A stretch of DNA of 41,457 nt from the IMG/VR virus record IMGVR_UViG_3300046028_006105, positions 1 to 41,457 of that record, one strand, 5' to 3'. This DNA is from a virus (lineage: Duplodnaviria > Caudoviricetes). The position numbers were made by a program, and so were the translations under genes. A model generated the notes under the pieces. It was not told the origin of the DNA. It saw nothing but the letters and a program-made list of their open reading frames with translations, and did no database searches. Shown here one piece after another: positions 10,220 to 19,209 of the stretch; within the stretch, counting starts at the first letter, position 1, and each line of letters begins with the position of its first letter.

Positions 10220-10530
10220 GTGTCCGTCCGGTTACGATCGAGACCAATGAAGCAAGCTTGATCCGAGCTTTGCGGCGCAGCTTCAAGCGCGTAAGCCGAA
10301 AGACTCGTCAGAGGCTAGATTTGCCGACAAGTCCAAGAGAAGGGTTGGGGACTGTTTCCCCTCTTGGCATAATGTTCTCACGTCACCCAGGAATCTCCAG
10401 CTAGGCAAATTGAAACGCACACACTGAAAAGGTGCAGCCGAAGGGTCATTAAATAAGGTCTGGCTTCAGCCTACCTTAAACAGTCCCACTGTATCCCGAA
10501 ATCTCCAGCTTTACCAAAAACTTAACTACT

Positions 10531-10893
10531 ATGGAAACCGAAGAGTCTTACGTTATACTTACCGCTGAAAACCTACACGCTGCGTCAACTAAGGAAAGCG
10601 GTCATGGATTCACTCGCGCCCAAGTAGAACACCTAGGTTTTGACTATCCGCCAGCTAGGGGATGGCTTAAATCTGTCATTGGAGAGGTAGTGACGAAGGG
10701 GTTCTATGACGACTTTATTGCAGCTGGTAAAATTAGTGGCGGAATGCTGCGACGCATGAAAAGGCAAAGGCCGTATGTAACCCAGACACAAAAAACCCCT
10801 AGTCGCGGAAATGAAAAAACGCAACTAGGGGCTCAACCACATGAAAACCCGACACCACATCGGGCGAATTACTTCTTCAACACGCCCCCGTAG
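10531..10893 (+). CDS. Hypothetical protein, opposite to the structural operon
   Basis: 120 aa, ATG after an A/C-rich leader; contains a GFTRAQ...LG..YPP..GW segment. Confidence 0.6.
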   Translation: METEESYVILTAENLHAASTKESGHGFTRAQVEHLGFDYPPARGWLKSVIGEVVTKGFYDDFIAAGKISGGMLRRMKRQRPYVTQTQKTPSRGNEKTQLGAQPHENPTPHRANYFFNTPP

Positions 10894-11156
10894 AAGTCAA
10901 GTTCGTCATGCGTAATTGGGTTATGGTCTAACGCATACTTTTGGCGTCGCCCATCCTCAAAGGTGATTTCAAGGGTGTGCGTATGCTTAGGGAAGTGCAA
11001 CTCAGTAGGCTTAAACACGCGGTAAGTGTACCCAACTGGACGCCACGGCTCCGGTTCTTTGGTAACGGCAACAGGTACTGGTTCAATAACGGCAACTTCT
11101 GGCGTTACATCCACCAGTTCCGCCTCTTCCTTATCGTGCTTTTTGGGTCGTGGCAT
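10869..11156 (-). CDS. Hypothetical protein
   Basis: 95 aa, overlaps the end of the scaffold gene. Confidence 0.65.
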   Translation of the reverse strand: MPRPKKHDKEEAELVDVTPEVAVIEPVPVAVTKEPEPWRPVGYTYRVFKPTELHFPKHTHTLEITFEDGRRQKYALDHNPITHDELDFYGGVLKK

Positions 11157-12120
11157 GGTGTCTACGCATTAAGGATTGCCACTTTTCGGTAACGGCTGGA
11201 TCGCCCGCACGGAAACTTTTCATTTGCACCGGATCTTTGAGAATGGCGTCGGCCTGCTCAAGGAATGAACCTTGGCCGCTAACACCTTGACCCGTTACGA
11301 CGGCGGGCTCACTAGTCTGGCGCTTCATTTCCACCAGCATACGAATCATGGTCGGGTTAAGCGCGGCCTGTTGCTCGATTTGCTCGGCAGGAATACCGAT
11401 TAAGCTACTCATAATCTCGATACCGCGTTTGGCGTCCTGAATGGCGGCGGGCAGTTTATCGCCGTACACCTTCTGAAGCTCTTGACGACCGTTTTCCAAG
11501 ATTTGCGACTGTTGCGCGGCAGCTCGCTCGCTTACCTTGGCGACGTGCTTTTCAATGATTTGCTTTGCGGTGGCGGTAGAGACGTTACCCTTGTGGAAAA
11601 TATCGAGGTAATCGCCTAGGCCGTTCTCGTCCCACTCGACGCCATCGGGAAGATTCTCAGGCTTTTTAATGCCGTAGTCCTCCTTTTTATCGGGTACGCC
11701 CATCACTTCGCGCAGACGCTTGCCAAACTCATCTTTGACAGCTTGCGGCGCATCGTCTGGCGGGCGGGAGAAACCCTTTTGACTCGCCATAAACTGAAGG
11801 TTTTCGAGTCCTTGCAGGGCGGCAGCGGTCGGATCTTCCGCTTTGGCGTACTTAGCAAAGAAGGAAGACGCCCCCTTGAACTTGTCGCCAGTTAGCGCGG
11901 CCAGCTCATCGCGTAGTTTACCGCCTTCACCGTAGAACGAAAACGCTTGCGACGCGCTTTTAGCTGGTTCGCCAGTGGTGGCGGAAGTTGTTTCGGGTGC
12001 AGCAGCGGGAGCGGCAGCAGTTGTCGTTGCTCCTAGCGCAAAAAGACCTGACGGAGCTGATGCGGCAGCGGCAGGCGTAGAAGCCGTGCCTGTATTGGTT
12101 GACGTGGTAGTTTGTTCCAT
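11131..12120 (-). CDS. Capsid scaffolding protein
   Basis: 329 aa, Ala/Thr low-complexity N-terminus, GVPDKKEDY motif, helical; between portal and capsid. Confidence 0.75.
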   Translation of the reverse strand: MEQTTTSTNTGTASTPAAAASAPSGLFALGATTTAAAPAAAPETTSATTGEPAKSASQAFSFYGEGGKLRDELAALTGDKFKGASSFFAKYAKAEDPTAAALQGLENLQFMASQKGFSRPPDDAPQAVKDEFGKRLREVMGVPDKKEDYGIKKPENLPDGVEWDENGLGDYLDIFHKGNVSTATAKQIIEKHVAKVSERAAAQQSQILENGRQELQKVYGDKLPAAIQDAKRGIEIMSSLIGIPAEQIEQQAALNPTMIRMLVEMKRQTSEPAVVTGQGVSGQGSFLEQADAILKDPVQMKSFRAGDPAVTEKWQSLMRRHHATTQKAR

Positions 12121-12123
12121 GGA

Positions 12124-12441
12124 TTAAGACTGATTCATTATTGTTTCGCTTTGCTTTGGCGCAATCTCCTCTTGTGAAATACGCCCTGCTTTCACCCGTG
12201 CAATCGTGTTTAAGTGAAATAATCGCTGACCCTCGGCACTCGCGTTATATTTTTCCTGCGAGTCGGTCAAAGTAGTCCGCCACATGTAAGCGCGGTTTTC
12301 CATGTCCTCCCACACGATTTGCTGATCATGCGTGCGTTCGCTTTCGCGCCCAAACAGCCGTGCATAAGCCGCATTGATTTGCAGCTCCTTAAGTTTTTGC
12401 GCATCGAGCGCATCTTGTTCCGCCTTGGTTGGTTGTCGCAT
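12124..12441 (-). CDS. Hypothetical head-assembly-associated protein
   Basis: 105 aa with an AEGQR motif; between portal and scaffold. Confidence 0.6.
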   Translation of the reverse strand: MRQPTKAEQDALDAQKLKELQINAAYARLFGRESERTHDQQIVWEDMENRAYMWRTTLTDSQEKYNASAEGQRLFHLNTIARVKAGRISQEEIAPKQSETIMNQS

Positions 12442-12444
12442 AAA

Positions 12445-14163
12445 TTATCCGGCCATCCCCATCTGCGCCTTAGCCACAGCCTTTACATCCTCGTCGGCAC
12501 CCGCCAAGTTTTTTGCCGACTTGGTAGCCGACTCAGCCGCCATGAGTGCTTGCTGTTGCTGGGCCGCTTGCTGTGCCGCTGCGCGCATTTCGTCACGGTC
12601 TTCGATAGGACGTAAAGCTTTCGAGTAAAGCCCCGTATTTCGAGCGTAATTTCGCACGGCCTCATCCATGTCAAAATTGTCCGCAAGACCTGGCACCACT
12701 TGCAACGGCCCAGCCAGCATTTCGCTAATCCGCAAGAACGCATTGTTCTCCGTGTCGCGTACCGCCAGCGCCATCTTGCCCATCAAATTGATGTCTGGAA
12801 TCACGGGACTAGCCGTTTTGCCGTCAGCAGAAAGCACCATCATTGACTGTGGCGGCTGGGGAAACGCGCCCTCACGAAATAGAACCGAGAACACGCGGAA
12901 CAACATAGGGCGAAACACCTCATGCAGCAACCGGCTAAACGTAGGCGAGAAATTGCGCATTTTCTCCGCAAGCCGCGCCTGTACCTCAAAAGCCGTCATG
13001 CGGTCATTGGGCAAATTAGCCAAAAGCTGGAACATATCCACGAAGTAGGCGTCATGGATTTGCTTGTGGATCATTTCGATCATGTCCTTGCCGATGTCCC
13101 AACGCCCACCCGTTCCCCACTCACGCGGGCCAGCGTCAGCAGGCTGGTTAGGGTCAACGATGGTCTGACCACCAGGCGACAAATTAACCTGCCCAACCAT
13201 GCCGCTAGGAATAAGAACACGCGGCCAAGCCTGAATCTCGCCCAGCGCCGCCATGTGTTTCATCATCAGGTTGACCTGACGCACCGCCGGCAAAGCCTCA
13301 ATTGACGGAGTGTAGCCGTAAGGCGAACTGCCCCACTTGAGAAATCGCGTCACTACATAGGGCATTTCTGGAAACCCCGACTCGCGCACAATCTTGCACG
13401 CGCTCAAATCCATGTCCACCGACGCCACAGGATAAAATTTCGGGTCCAGCTTCTTGCTGTCCATCTCGCTATCACGGCGCGGGTAAATTGCGTGCAAATA
13501 CTTGGTCTTTTCCGTGTCCATCTTAGACGGCTCCTTAGCCATCTCGCGTACCTTCTCGCTCACGTTCTCCTCGCCAAACTCTTGAATAGCTTGCCGTGGC
13601 GTCAGTTCGTATTCACGAAAAACTTTGTCCACAATACCTCGCTTGTTCTCGGCAATCGAGTAGGTGCCGACATCGTCATTTCTAAAGTAAAGAGCGGCCT
13701 CTCCATTGCGACGATCTTGCGGCTCAACATATCCGCAGAACATATTTGCATGAGTAAAGGTCGAGCGATCCAACAGCATTTCATGCAATTCCAAGTAGAA
13801 ATTGGACGCATCGAGTTCAGCCAGCAAAATTTCGGTGCATTTCCCGCACCATTGACGCGCCTCGTCATTATTTCGGTCTTCACCTAGCCGTGACGGTGGC
13901 ACCAACTCCACCCAGCGACCGCCCACCAAGTAGTCCATCTGACCGCTTGCCAAGATTTGAGCATCCCGTACCGCTACCGTATCGTAAAGCGTTTCTTCTG
14001 GCGACGACGCGCCCTTTGTCTCTGTTTGCGTAATCTGATTCTTACGCGGGTGAATGTAGTTGGCGATGTCCTGATTGAGATTGTCGATGTCGCTGCGCTC
14101 TTTCTTAAGAGCGTCATTCTCTCGCTTCAACCGCTGCGCCAACTCTTCATTCATGTAGCTCAT
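12445..14163 (-). CDS. Portal (head-tail connector) protein
   Basis: Likely start MSYMNEEL at 14163; ESGFPEMPYVVTRF, YGYTP and MTAFEV motifs of T7 gp8-like portals. Confidence 0.9.
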   Translation of the reverse strand: MSYMNEELAQRLKRENDALKKERSDIDNLNQDIANYIHPRKNQITQTETKGASSPEETLYDTVAVRDAQILASGQMDYLVGGRWVELVPPSRLGEDRNNDEARQWCGKCTEILLAELDASNFYLELHEMLLDRSTFTHANMFCGYVEPQDRRNGEAALYFRNDDVGTYSIAENKRGIVDKVFREYELTPRQAIQEFGEENVSEKVREMAKEPSKMDTEKTKYLHAIYPRRDSEMDSKKLDPKFYPVASVDMDLSACKIVRESGFPEMPYVVTRFLKWGSSPYGYTPSIEALPAVRQVNLMMKHMAALGEIQAWPRVLIPSGMVGQVNLSPGGQTIVDPNQPADAGPREWGTGGRWDIGKDMIEMIHKQIHDAYFVDMFQLLANLPNDRMTAFEVQARLAEKMRNFSPTFSRLLHEVFRPMLFRVFSVLFREGAFPQPPQSMMVLSADGKTASPVIPDINLMGKMALAVRDTENNAFLRISEMLAGPLQVVPGLADNFDMDEAVRNYARNTGLYSKALRPIEDRDEMRAAAQQAAQQQQALMAAESATKSAKNLAGADEDVKAVAKAQMGMAG

Positions 14164-14167
14164 AATC

Positions 14168-14431
14168 TTATCCAAGAAGAGTTTTTTTATCAATCTGAGA
14201 GCCGCCCGCCATTGTTTCGCCGGCCAACAATGACGCTGCCGCACCACGACGCTTTGCCGCATCCATTGCCTGCCCTTTCTTTGCCGCATTTACTTCCATA
14301 CTTACCGCACGCATAGGCGGAGCAGGAGTAGGAGGAGACGAGGGCGTACTGCCACCACCAAACATCTGTTGTTGCTTAGGATAACCCACGTTTCCTACAC
14401 GCGATTGCTGTTGTTGCATAGGCTTATTCAT
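14168..14431 (-). CDS. Small virion-associated protein
   Basis: Start at an ATGA overlap; Pro-rich segment and C-terminal KKTLLG, as seen for small genes ahead of podovirus portals. Confidence 0.6.
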   Translation of the reverse strand: MNKPMQQQQSRVGNVGYPKQQQMFGGGSTPSSPPTPAPPMRAVSMEVNAAKKGQAMDAAKRRGAAASLLAGETMAGGSQIDKKTLLG

Positions 14432-14865
14432 TCCCCTTTGCTCACAGAACACATTGCCCTAGTCAATTTTTTAAGCCTATCCGTAGGATAAAACTTGATT
14501 GGCCCATCGCTACAACGTGCCCCCCGCGCAAAGGCAAACCACATATACGGCCTCGGCAATACCTCCCACGCTTTTAGCACATTTCCAGCCAAAGCCGAAA
14601 TAAACCAGCAATCGCAATCTCTTGCCTCAAAGATCATACGCGCATCGCCCACATCCCCTGCCCATGCCGCCCTGTTGACAGCCTTAGCCATCACAAAAAA
14701 ATCCGGCGTCGAGTAAACAAACCCATGCCTCATATGCAGCTCCACCCAGTAATAGAAATCCATGTCGCCCTCCTTCCGCGTCTTCTCATACAACGCCTCA
14801 ATTTGCTCGTAAGGATTCATCGTCATAGGGGTGGTTTTTGTAAGAAAAAATGGGGTGTTTATCAT
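14428..14865 (-). CDS. Hypothetical protein
   Basis: 145 aa, translationally coupled to TerL. Confidence 0.65.
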   Translation of the reverse strand: MINTPFFLTKTTPMTMNPYEQIEALYEKTRKEGDMDFYYWVELHMRHGFVYSTPDFFVMAKAVNRAAWAGDVGDARMIFEARDCDCWFISALAGNVLKAWEVLPRPYMWFAFARGARCSDGPIKFYPTDRLKKLTRAMCSVSKGE

Positions 14866-16541
14866 CGCCCCCTCAATGCCAAACCCTGCTTCATAACCGT
14901 TTGACTCCCCTTAAACCGCGCATTCACGCCCATTCGCCCCATGTCATCGCCGCCCATTGTGCTGTTATTGGCTAACCCCCTAGCTATCGCCTGCATTGCA
15001 TACCCAAACGCCGTCGAGTAATGACTCGCCCAATTGTGAACTGGCATATTCCGCAACGTCTGACCGTCCGCCTCTTCCTTTGCATGGTACGCCTCCAGCG
15101 CCTTCACCCCTTCCTCACACCCTTTCTTGGCAAACCATGCCCGCCCAAACGCGTCCACCGCCGGATTGATCACATCCCACACGTTCACACTTCGCTTCAA
15201 GCAGCTCACATTTCGCAACCCCGCCTCCAACATAGACCGCCTCCACACCACATCTCCGTCATGCGGTAACGTGTGCCCACCCCAGCTATACTTCATTTCC
15301 TTCAACCGCTTCACCCACTGCGCCGGAGTCTGGCACGCATCGCCCCCCGTCAAACTCTCCAAGAAAACGACGCGGTCCCCCACCAACTGAAACACCCAAC
15401 ATTTCGTGTTCTCAGGTGCCCCAATGTCAAAAGCCGTAAATACAGGCAAGTTTTCCCTCCACTCCACCTCTCCACTAATCCGCCCCTCGCCTCTTGCCCG
15501 CCCCACACTTGCCGCGTAAATAGCCCCAGGCGTTGGAGCCAACCAGCACTCCTCAATCACACTCGGATACTCGCTATAAACATCAAACCTTAACCGCTTT
15601 GCCTCCCCCTGATAAAACCTCATCTGCTCCTCCGTAAACGAAACGCTCCACTCCAAACGCTCCTCAAGCGCCTTAAAATACTTCTTCGTGTCCTCGGTTA
15701 TCACTCCTTTACCCCCCAGCGCATACCTCTTCTCCATCCACCACGGAAAGAAAAGCACCCTAAAATCCTTACTCGTCTTCTCCTCATCCGGCGTTTCCAG
15801 CGCATTCTTCAGCAAATTATACCAGTCCCCCCCCATACCTCCCTTGTGCGTGCTCTCCGCAAACACCTTCCCCGTTACCCCGCTCACACTCGGCAACGCC
15901 CCCGTCATTATCTCACGACTCCTCGCCGCATCATCACACGCAATCGGCCCCCACTCGCTAATATGAAGCACCTGGTTTGTACCACCACGCGCCCGCTTCC
16001 CCGCCACCACCCTCCCCCCATTTACCCACTCCAACTCCGTCCCATTCTCACTCCTCAACTTCTCCTTCACCGCCTTCGGCAACCTCTCATACGCATACTT
16101 CACCTTATCCAACTTCTCCTGCGCATCACTCTGCGTCTGGTCCACAATACTCGCCTGCTTCCCCTTACTGAACAACGTCTCATCCAAACAGATCATCGCA
16201 AACAGCGTACTCAACCCCAACTGCCGCGCCTTCGGTATCGCCAACCTCTTCCACCCTGCCACATACACCGCCCACAACACTATCCTCTGCGCCTCATTCG
16301 GCACAAACGCCCCCTCTCTCCCCTCCGCATCCTTAATCACATACAAATTACACAACCTCCACAACGGGTCTTCCATCAACTTCGCCACCTCCCCTTCCGT
16401 CTCTCCCCCCTTCAACTCATAATCCTCCAACTTCACCCTCTTCATCTTATGCCACATTACCCTCTTCCATCCATCTCTCCCCACCCCTTCCTTCACCAGC
16501 TCTTCCAGCCCCTCTAGCTTCACGTTTAACAGGTTTTCCAT
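14862..16541 (-). CDS. terL: Terminase large subunit
   Basis: Walker A-like KARQLGLST, Walker B LHISEW, coupling motif EST, and nuclease motifs AFDIG, LPHD and HNWASH. Confidence 0.92.
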   Translation of the reverse strand: MENLLNVKLEGLEELVKEGVGRDGWKRVMWHKMKRVKLEDYELKGGETEGEVAKLMEDPLWRLCNLYVIKDAEGREGAFVPNEAQRIVLWAVYVAGWKRLAIPKARQLGLSTLFAMICLDETLFSKGKQASIVDQTQSDAQEKLDKVKYAYERLPKAVKEKLRSENGTELEWVNGGRVVAGKRARGGTNQVLHISEWGPIACDDAARSREIMTGALPSVSGVTGKVFAESTHKGGMGGDWYNLLKNALETPDEEKTSKDFRVLFFPWWMEKRYALGGKGVITEDTKKYFKALEERLEWSVSFTEEQMRFYQGEAKRLRFDVYSEYPSVIEECWLAPTPGAIYAASVGRARGEGRISGEVEWRENLPVFTAFDIGAPENTKCWVFQLVGDRVVFLESLTGGDACQTPAQWVKRLKEMKYSWGGHTLPHDGDVVWRRSMLEAGLRNVSCLKRSVNVWDVINPAVDAFGRAWFAKKGCEEGVKALEAYHAKEEADGQTLRNMPVHNWASHYSTAFGYAMQAIARGLANNSTMGGDDMGRMGVNARFKGSQTVMKQGLALRGR

Positions 16542-16564
16542 GCCACACCCTTATCAACACCCTG

Positions 16565-16716
16565 CCCACGCACTCAAGCCCTTTATTCCCCACGCATTCT
16601 AGCCCCCAAATGTATAGAGGGTCAAAAAAATATTTACTAAAGGTATAGTAGCGCAGCCCGCGCCGTTTGGGGCTCCCCCCTCCCATAGGAAACGAGCCCC
16701 CCCCCTACCTATGGGG
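16565..16716. other. Candidate packaging-initiation (pac) region
   Basis: Non-coding TerS-TerL gap with poly-C runs, interleaved inverted repeats and a 17-bp imperfect direct repeat, at the edge of a skew switch. Confidence 0.35.
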
Positions 16717-16986
16717 CGTACGCCCATTACGCAGCATCACACCTACTGCATAATAACTCGCCAGCATAGACTGCTCGCCATATCGCACGCTCTTGTTGCG
16801 ACAGGTGGCGCTCGATTAGACGTAATAAGCATTGTACGTCATCCTAATTGAGACTGGCTACAGGGTCTAAGGCACTGCTTTTGACCGCGTAACACCATGT
16901 AAGCCCATAAATGAATGGCTCTACAGCTCATTAAACGCTCTCAACCCGTACCCTAGCACGGTATAATTGACGCGGGAAGCCTTCGT

Positions 16987-17436
16987 TTACCCCTCGATGG
17001 CCTCTGTTACGCTCTCCGCGAGCTTTTCCCTACGTTCCTGCGCTCCCCTTATTTGAGCGAGTAGCGACGCGCCGGCTTCCAGGTCTACTTTTACAGGTGA
17101 ATCGTAGCCTAACATCTTGCTTGCTTGCGAAATTGCGTCAATGCGCACCTTGGAGCGTTCATCTTCGTTGGTGGCGATGCGTTGGAGCACCTTAAGCATA
17201 TCCTGCTTTTCCCACACGAAGGATTTAGCGAGGTGAACCTGTCGCAGGGCTTGCTGATTCGCAATTTCTTGAATAAGAGCGGGTAAGAGTAGCCAGCGGC
17301 GAGCTTTCTCTGAGCAAGCGGCTTCCGATGAGGTAGAGCCAAGCTTGCGCATAATATCTACTGGATCAACGCCTTGCACGTAGAGTTCAGCGAATAAGCG
17401 TTGGTGAGAGGTCAGGTCAATATTTTGCTTGGGCAT
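16987..17436 (-). CDS. terS: Terminase small subunit
   Basis: Likely start MPKQNIDLTSHQRLFAELYV; HTH-like N-terminus and RIDAISQASKMLG motif; upstream of TerL. Confidence 0.75.
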   Translation of the reverse strand: MPKQNIDLTSHQRLFAELYVQGVDPVDIMRKLGSTSSEAACSEKARRWLLLPALIQEIANQQALRQVHLAKSFVWEKQDMLKVLQRIATNEDERSKVRIDAISQASKMLGYDSPVKVDLEAGASLLAQIRGAQERREKLAESVTEAIEG

Positions 17437-17614
17437 GGGTATAATAACGCGCGTGCGCACGCGTAGGGCAAGCCTAAGCGAGGGTGAGCGTGGGTGAGCG
17501 TGGAACAGGTGGGGAGAACTAAGACACGGGTTACGCCCCGTGCGGGCTTTGACGCTCGTGTAACTCGCTCGCCCGTCTCGACGTATTTTAGCGGGTGGCG
17601 GAGAGTTGTCGAGC

Positions 17615-17836
17615 TTATTCTGGGATGAAGTCGGGACAGGGAGAGGTGGGCGAGTGATGGTGGGAACAATAGCTGAGGGTGGCCGTGGGAGAGTCGCGGT
17701 GAGTCTGGCAGTGGCGTGCGCAGGTGTCGCGGTGGGGGCAGTCGATGGAGTGAAGAAGGGTGGGAGTGCCGTCGGGTAGGCGTGTTGCTTTGGGTAACAG
17801 GCCATCACAGCGGGCGATGTCGTTTGGTAGGTTCAT
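17615..17836 (-). CDS. Small Cys-rich hypothetical protein
   Basis: 73 aa, DIARCDG...CPHRDTCARH...CPDF. Confidence 0.55.
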   Translation of the reverse strand: MNLPNDIARCDGLLPKATRLPDGTPTLLHSIDCPHRDTCARHCQTHRDSPTATLSYCSHHHSPTSPCPDFIPE

Positions 17837-18191
17837 TGGGTTTTAGGTGGGTAAAGAGTGAAATCGTTTCGGTTCGGGGTTATTCGCGAGCACACTTCAC
17901 CCTACGCATTGGTAGGGATGAAGCGGCAAAGAGAGAATCGCATACGGACTGGGAATCCTGCTTCGCAACTCACAAAAGACCGCGCTGGTTCGACTCGTCG
18001 CCCGCGTTGCCGTTGTCGGCATCTTTTGTCATTCACCGACCGCTTGAAGCGATCCGTCACTTTAAAGGCCTGTTTGGGTGTTCGTTCAGGCCGCCAGAGA
18101 ATACTTGCGGGCGAGGTGGTTTAGACCGGCCAGCGCGAGGGATTGCCCCGCTTGTTTCCACCCCGAGAAGAGGGTTTAGGCTTTAGGAAAC

Positions 18192-18285
18192 AGAAAGCCC
18201 GACTAAAGGGCGTGGAGGCTTCAGTCGGGCTAAATGAGCGGCTGAATCGTTAGTCTCCTAACGGATTCCACGCCGCTCGGATGAG
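18192..18285 (-). ncRNA. C4-antisense-like structured RNA plus terminator, copy B
   Basis: Minus strand reads GAGCGGC-GTGGAA...GCCGCTC, then hairpin AGCCCGACT/AGTCGGGCT with loop CTCCACGCC. Confidence 0.45.
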
Positions 18286-18651
18286 ATGAGAAAGAATGAG
18301 GGAGGGAGCGCGAGCAAGCATTTTCTTTGCGTTGGTGGATTGGCCAAGGGTGTTTTTAACCCTTAAAAGCGTATTTGCGGAGTGGGTACACAAAGATATT
18401 TTGAGAGGAGAAACGCACTTATTTTGATTTAATTTTGAGAAAGTGCTTTACTTTGTCGTGGTAATGTCTTTTAGTCCTCACATCGAAAGCGAGACGCCTG
18501 ACAAGCAAGGAGCCAACGAGACCCGATTTTTGAAAGTTAAGTCCGAGGAGGTGAGAGAAAAACTCGACCCCTCTTTTTAATGCAGCTCGCCCAATGCGAA
18601 CGGTCACAAGCCCGATAAATGCAGAGTGAAAACCACACCACACCACACCAC

Positions 18652-19137
18652 ATGAACACAAATGACTTTTTCGCAGGATGCTATGACCAGGCCGCACTAA
18701 AAACCCGTTTCCGTGACCTTTGCAAAGTACATCACCCCGATTTAGGCGGTGACTTAAAGACGATGCAGGAGCTTAACGCAGCCTACGAACGAGCAATGCG
18801 CGGAGAATATCGCAAGACAATGAGCGACGACGACGCAGAAGAGGCCGTAAGCATGGACGCCGAGCTGGCCGCTAAGGTTGCCGAGGTTATCGCCTTAAAA
18901 GGCATCATCCTTGAGCTTGTGGGCCGTTGGCTATGGGCGACCGGTGAAACTTTTGCGGTAAAGGGAGAGCTAAAAGCCGCTGGCTTCTTTTGGGCAGCTA
19001 AAAAGGCCGCTTGGTACTACAGGAAAGCCGAAGACGGCGGATCAAGGCGGTCAAACCTTTCGCTGTTTGAGATAAAAGCCAAATATGGAGCCAAAAACGT
19101 AAACGGCGTAAATGCACGCCAAACGATTGCAGCTTAA
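18652..19137 (+). CDS. J-domain (DnaJ-like) protein
   Basis: HPD motif in LCKVHHPDLGGD; C-terminal ELVGRWLW...LKAAGFFW domain. Confidence 0.85.
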   Translation: MNTNDFFAGCYDQAALKTRFRDLCKVHHPDLGGDLKTMQELNAAYERAMRGEYRKTMSDDDAEEAVSMDAELAAKVAEVIALKGIILELVGRWLWATGETFAVKGELKAAGFFWAAKKAAWYYRKAEDGGSRRSNLSLFEIKAKYGAKNVNGVNARQTIAA

Positions 19138-19166
19138 CCCGTAGAAAAGCAAACCAATCAGAGATT

Positions 19167-19206
19167 AACCCGCTACCCTAACACGGAGCGGGTTTTTCCG
19201 GTGTAA
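19167..19206 (+). terminator. Terminator-like hairpin followed by GGTGTAA
   Basis: ACCCGCT/AGCGGGT stem plus T5. Confidence 0.65.
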
Positions 19207-19209
19207 ACT

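Noticed and set aside
15846-16517. His/Pro/Leu-rich 223-aa plus-strand ORF
   Set aside because: Antisense shadow of terL produced by the C-rich skew.
17437-17808. Long N-terminal extension of TerS (similarly portal 14164-14289 and 8403-8450)
   Set aside because: The extensions overlap other genes or a terminator and are low-complexity; downstream ATGs fit better.
18420-18480. Sigma70 early promoter
   Set aside because: AT-rich and plausibly placed, but I could not assign convincing -35/-10 spacing.
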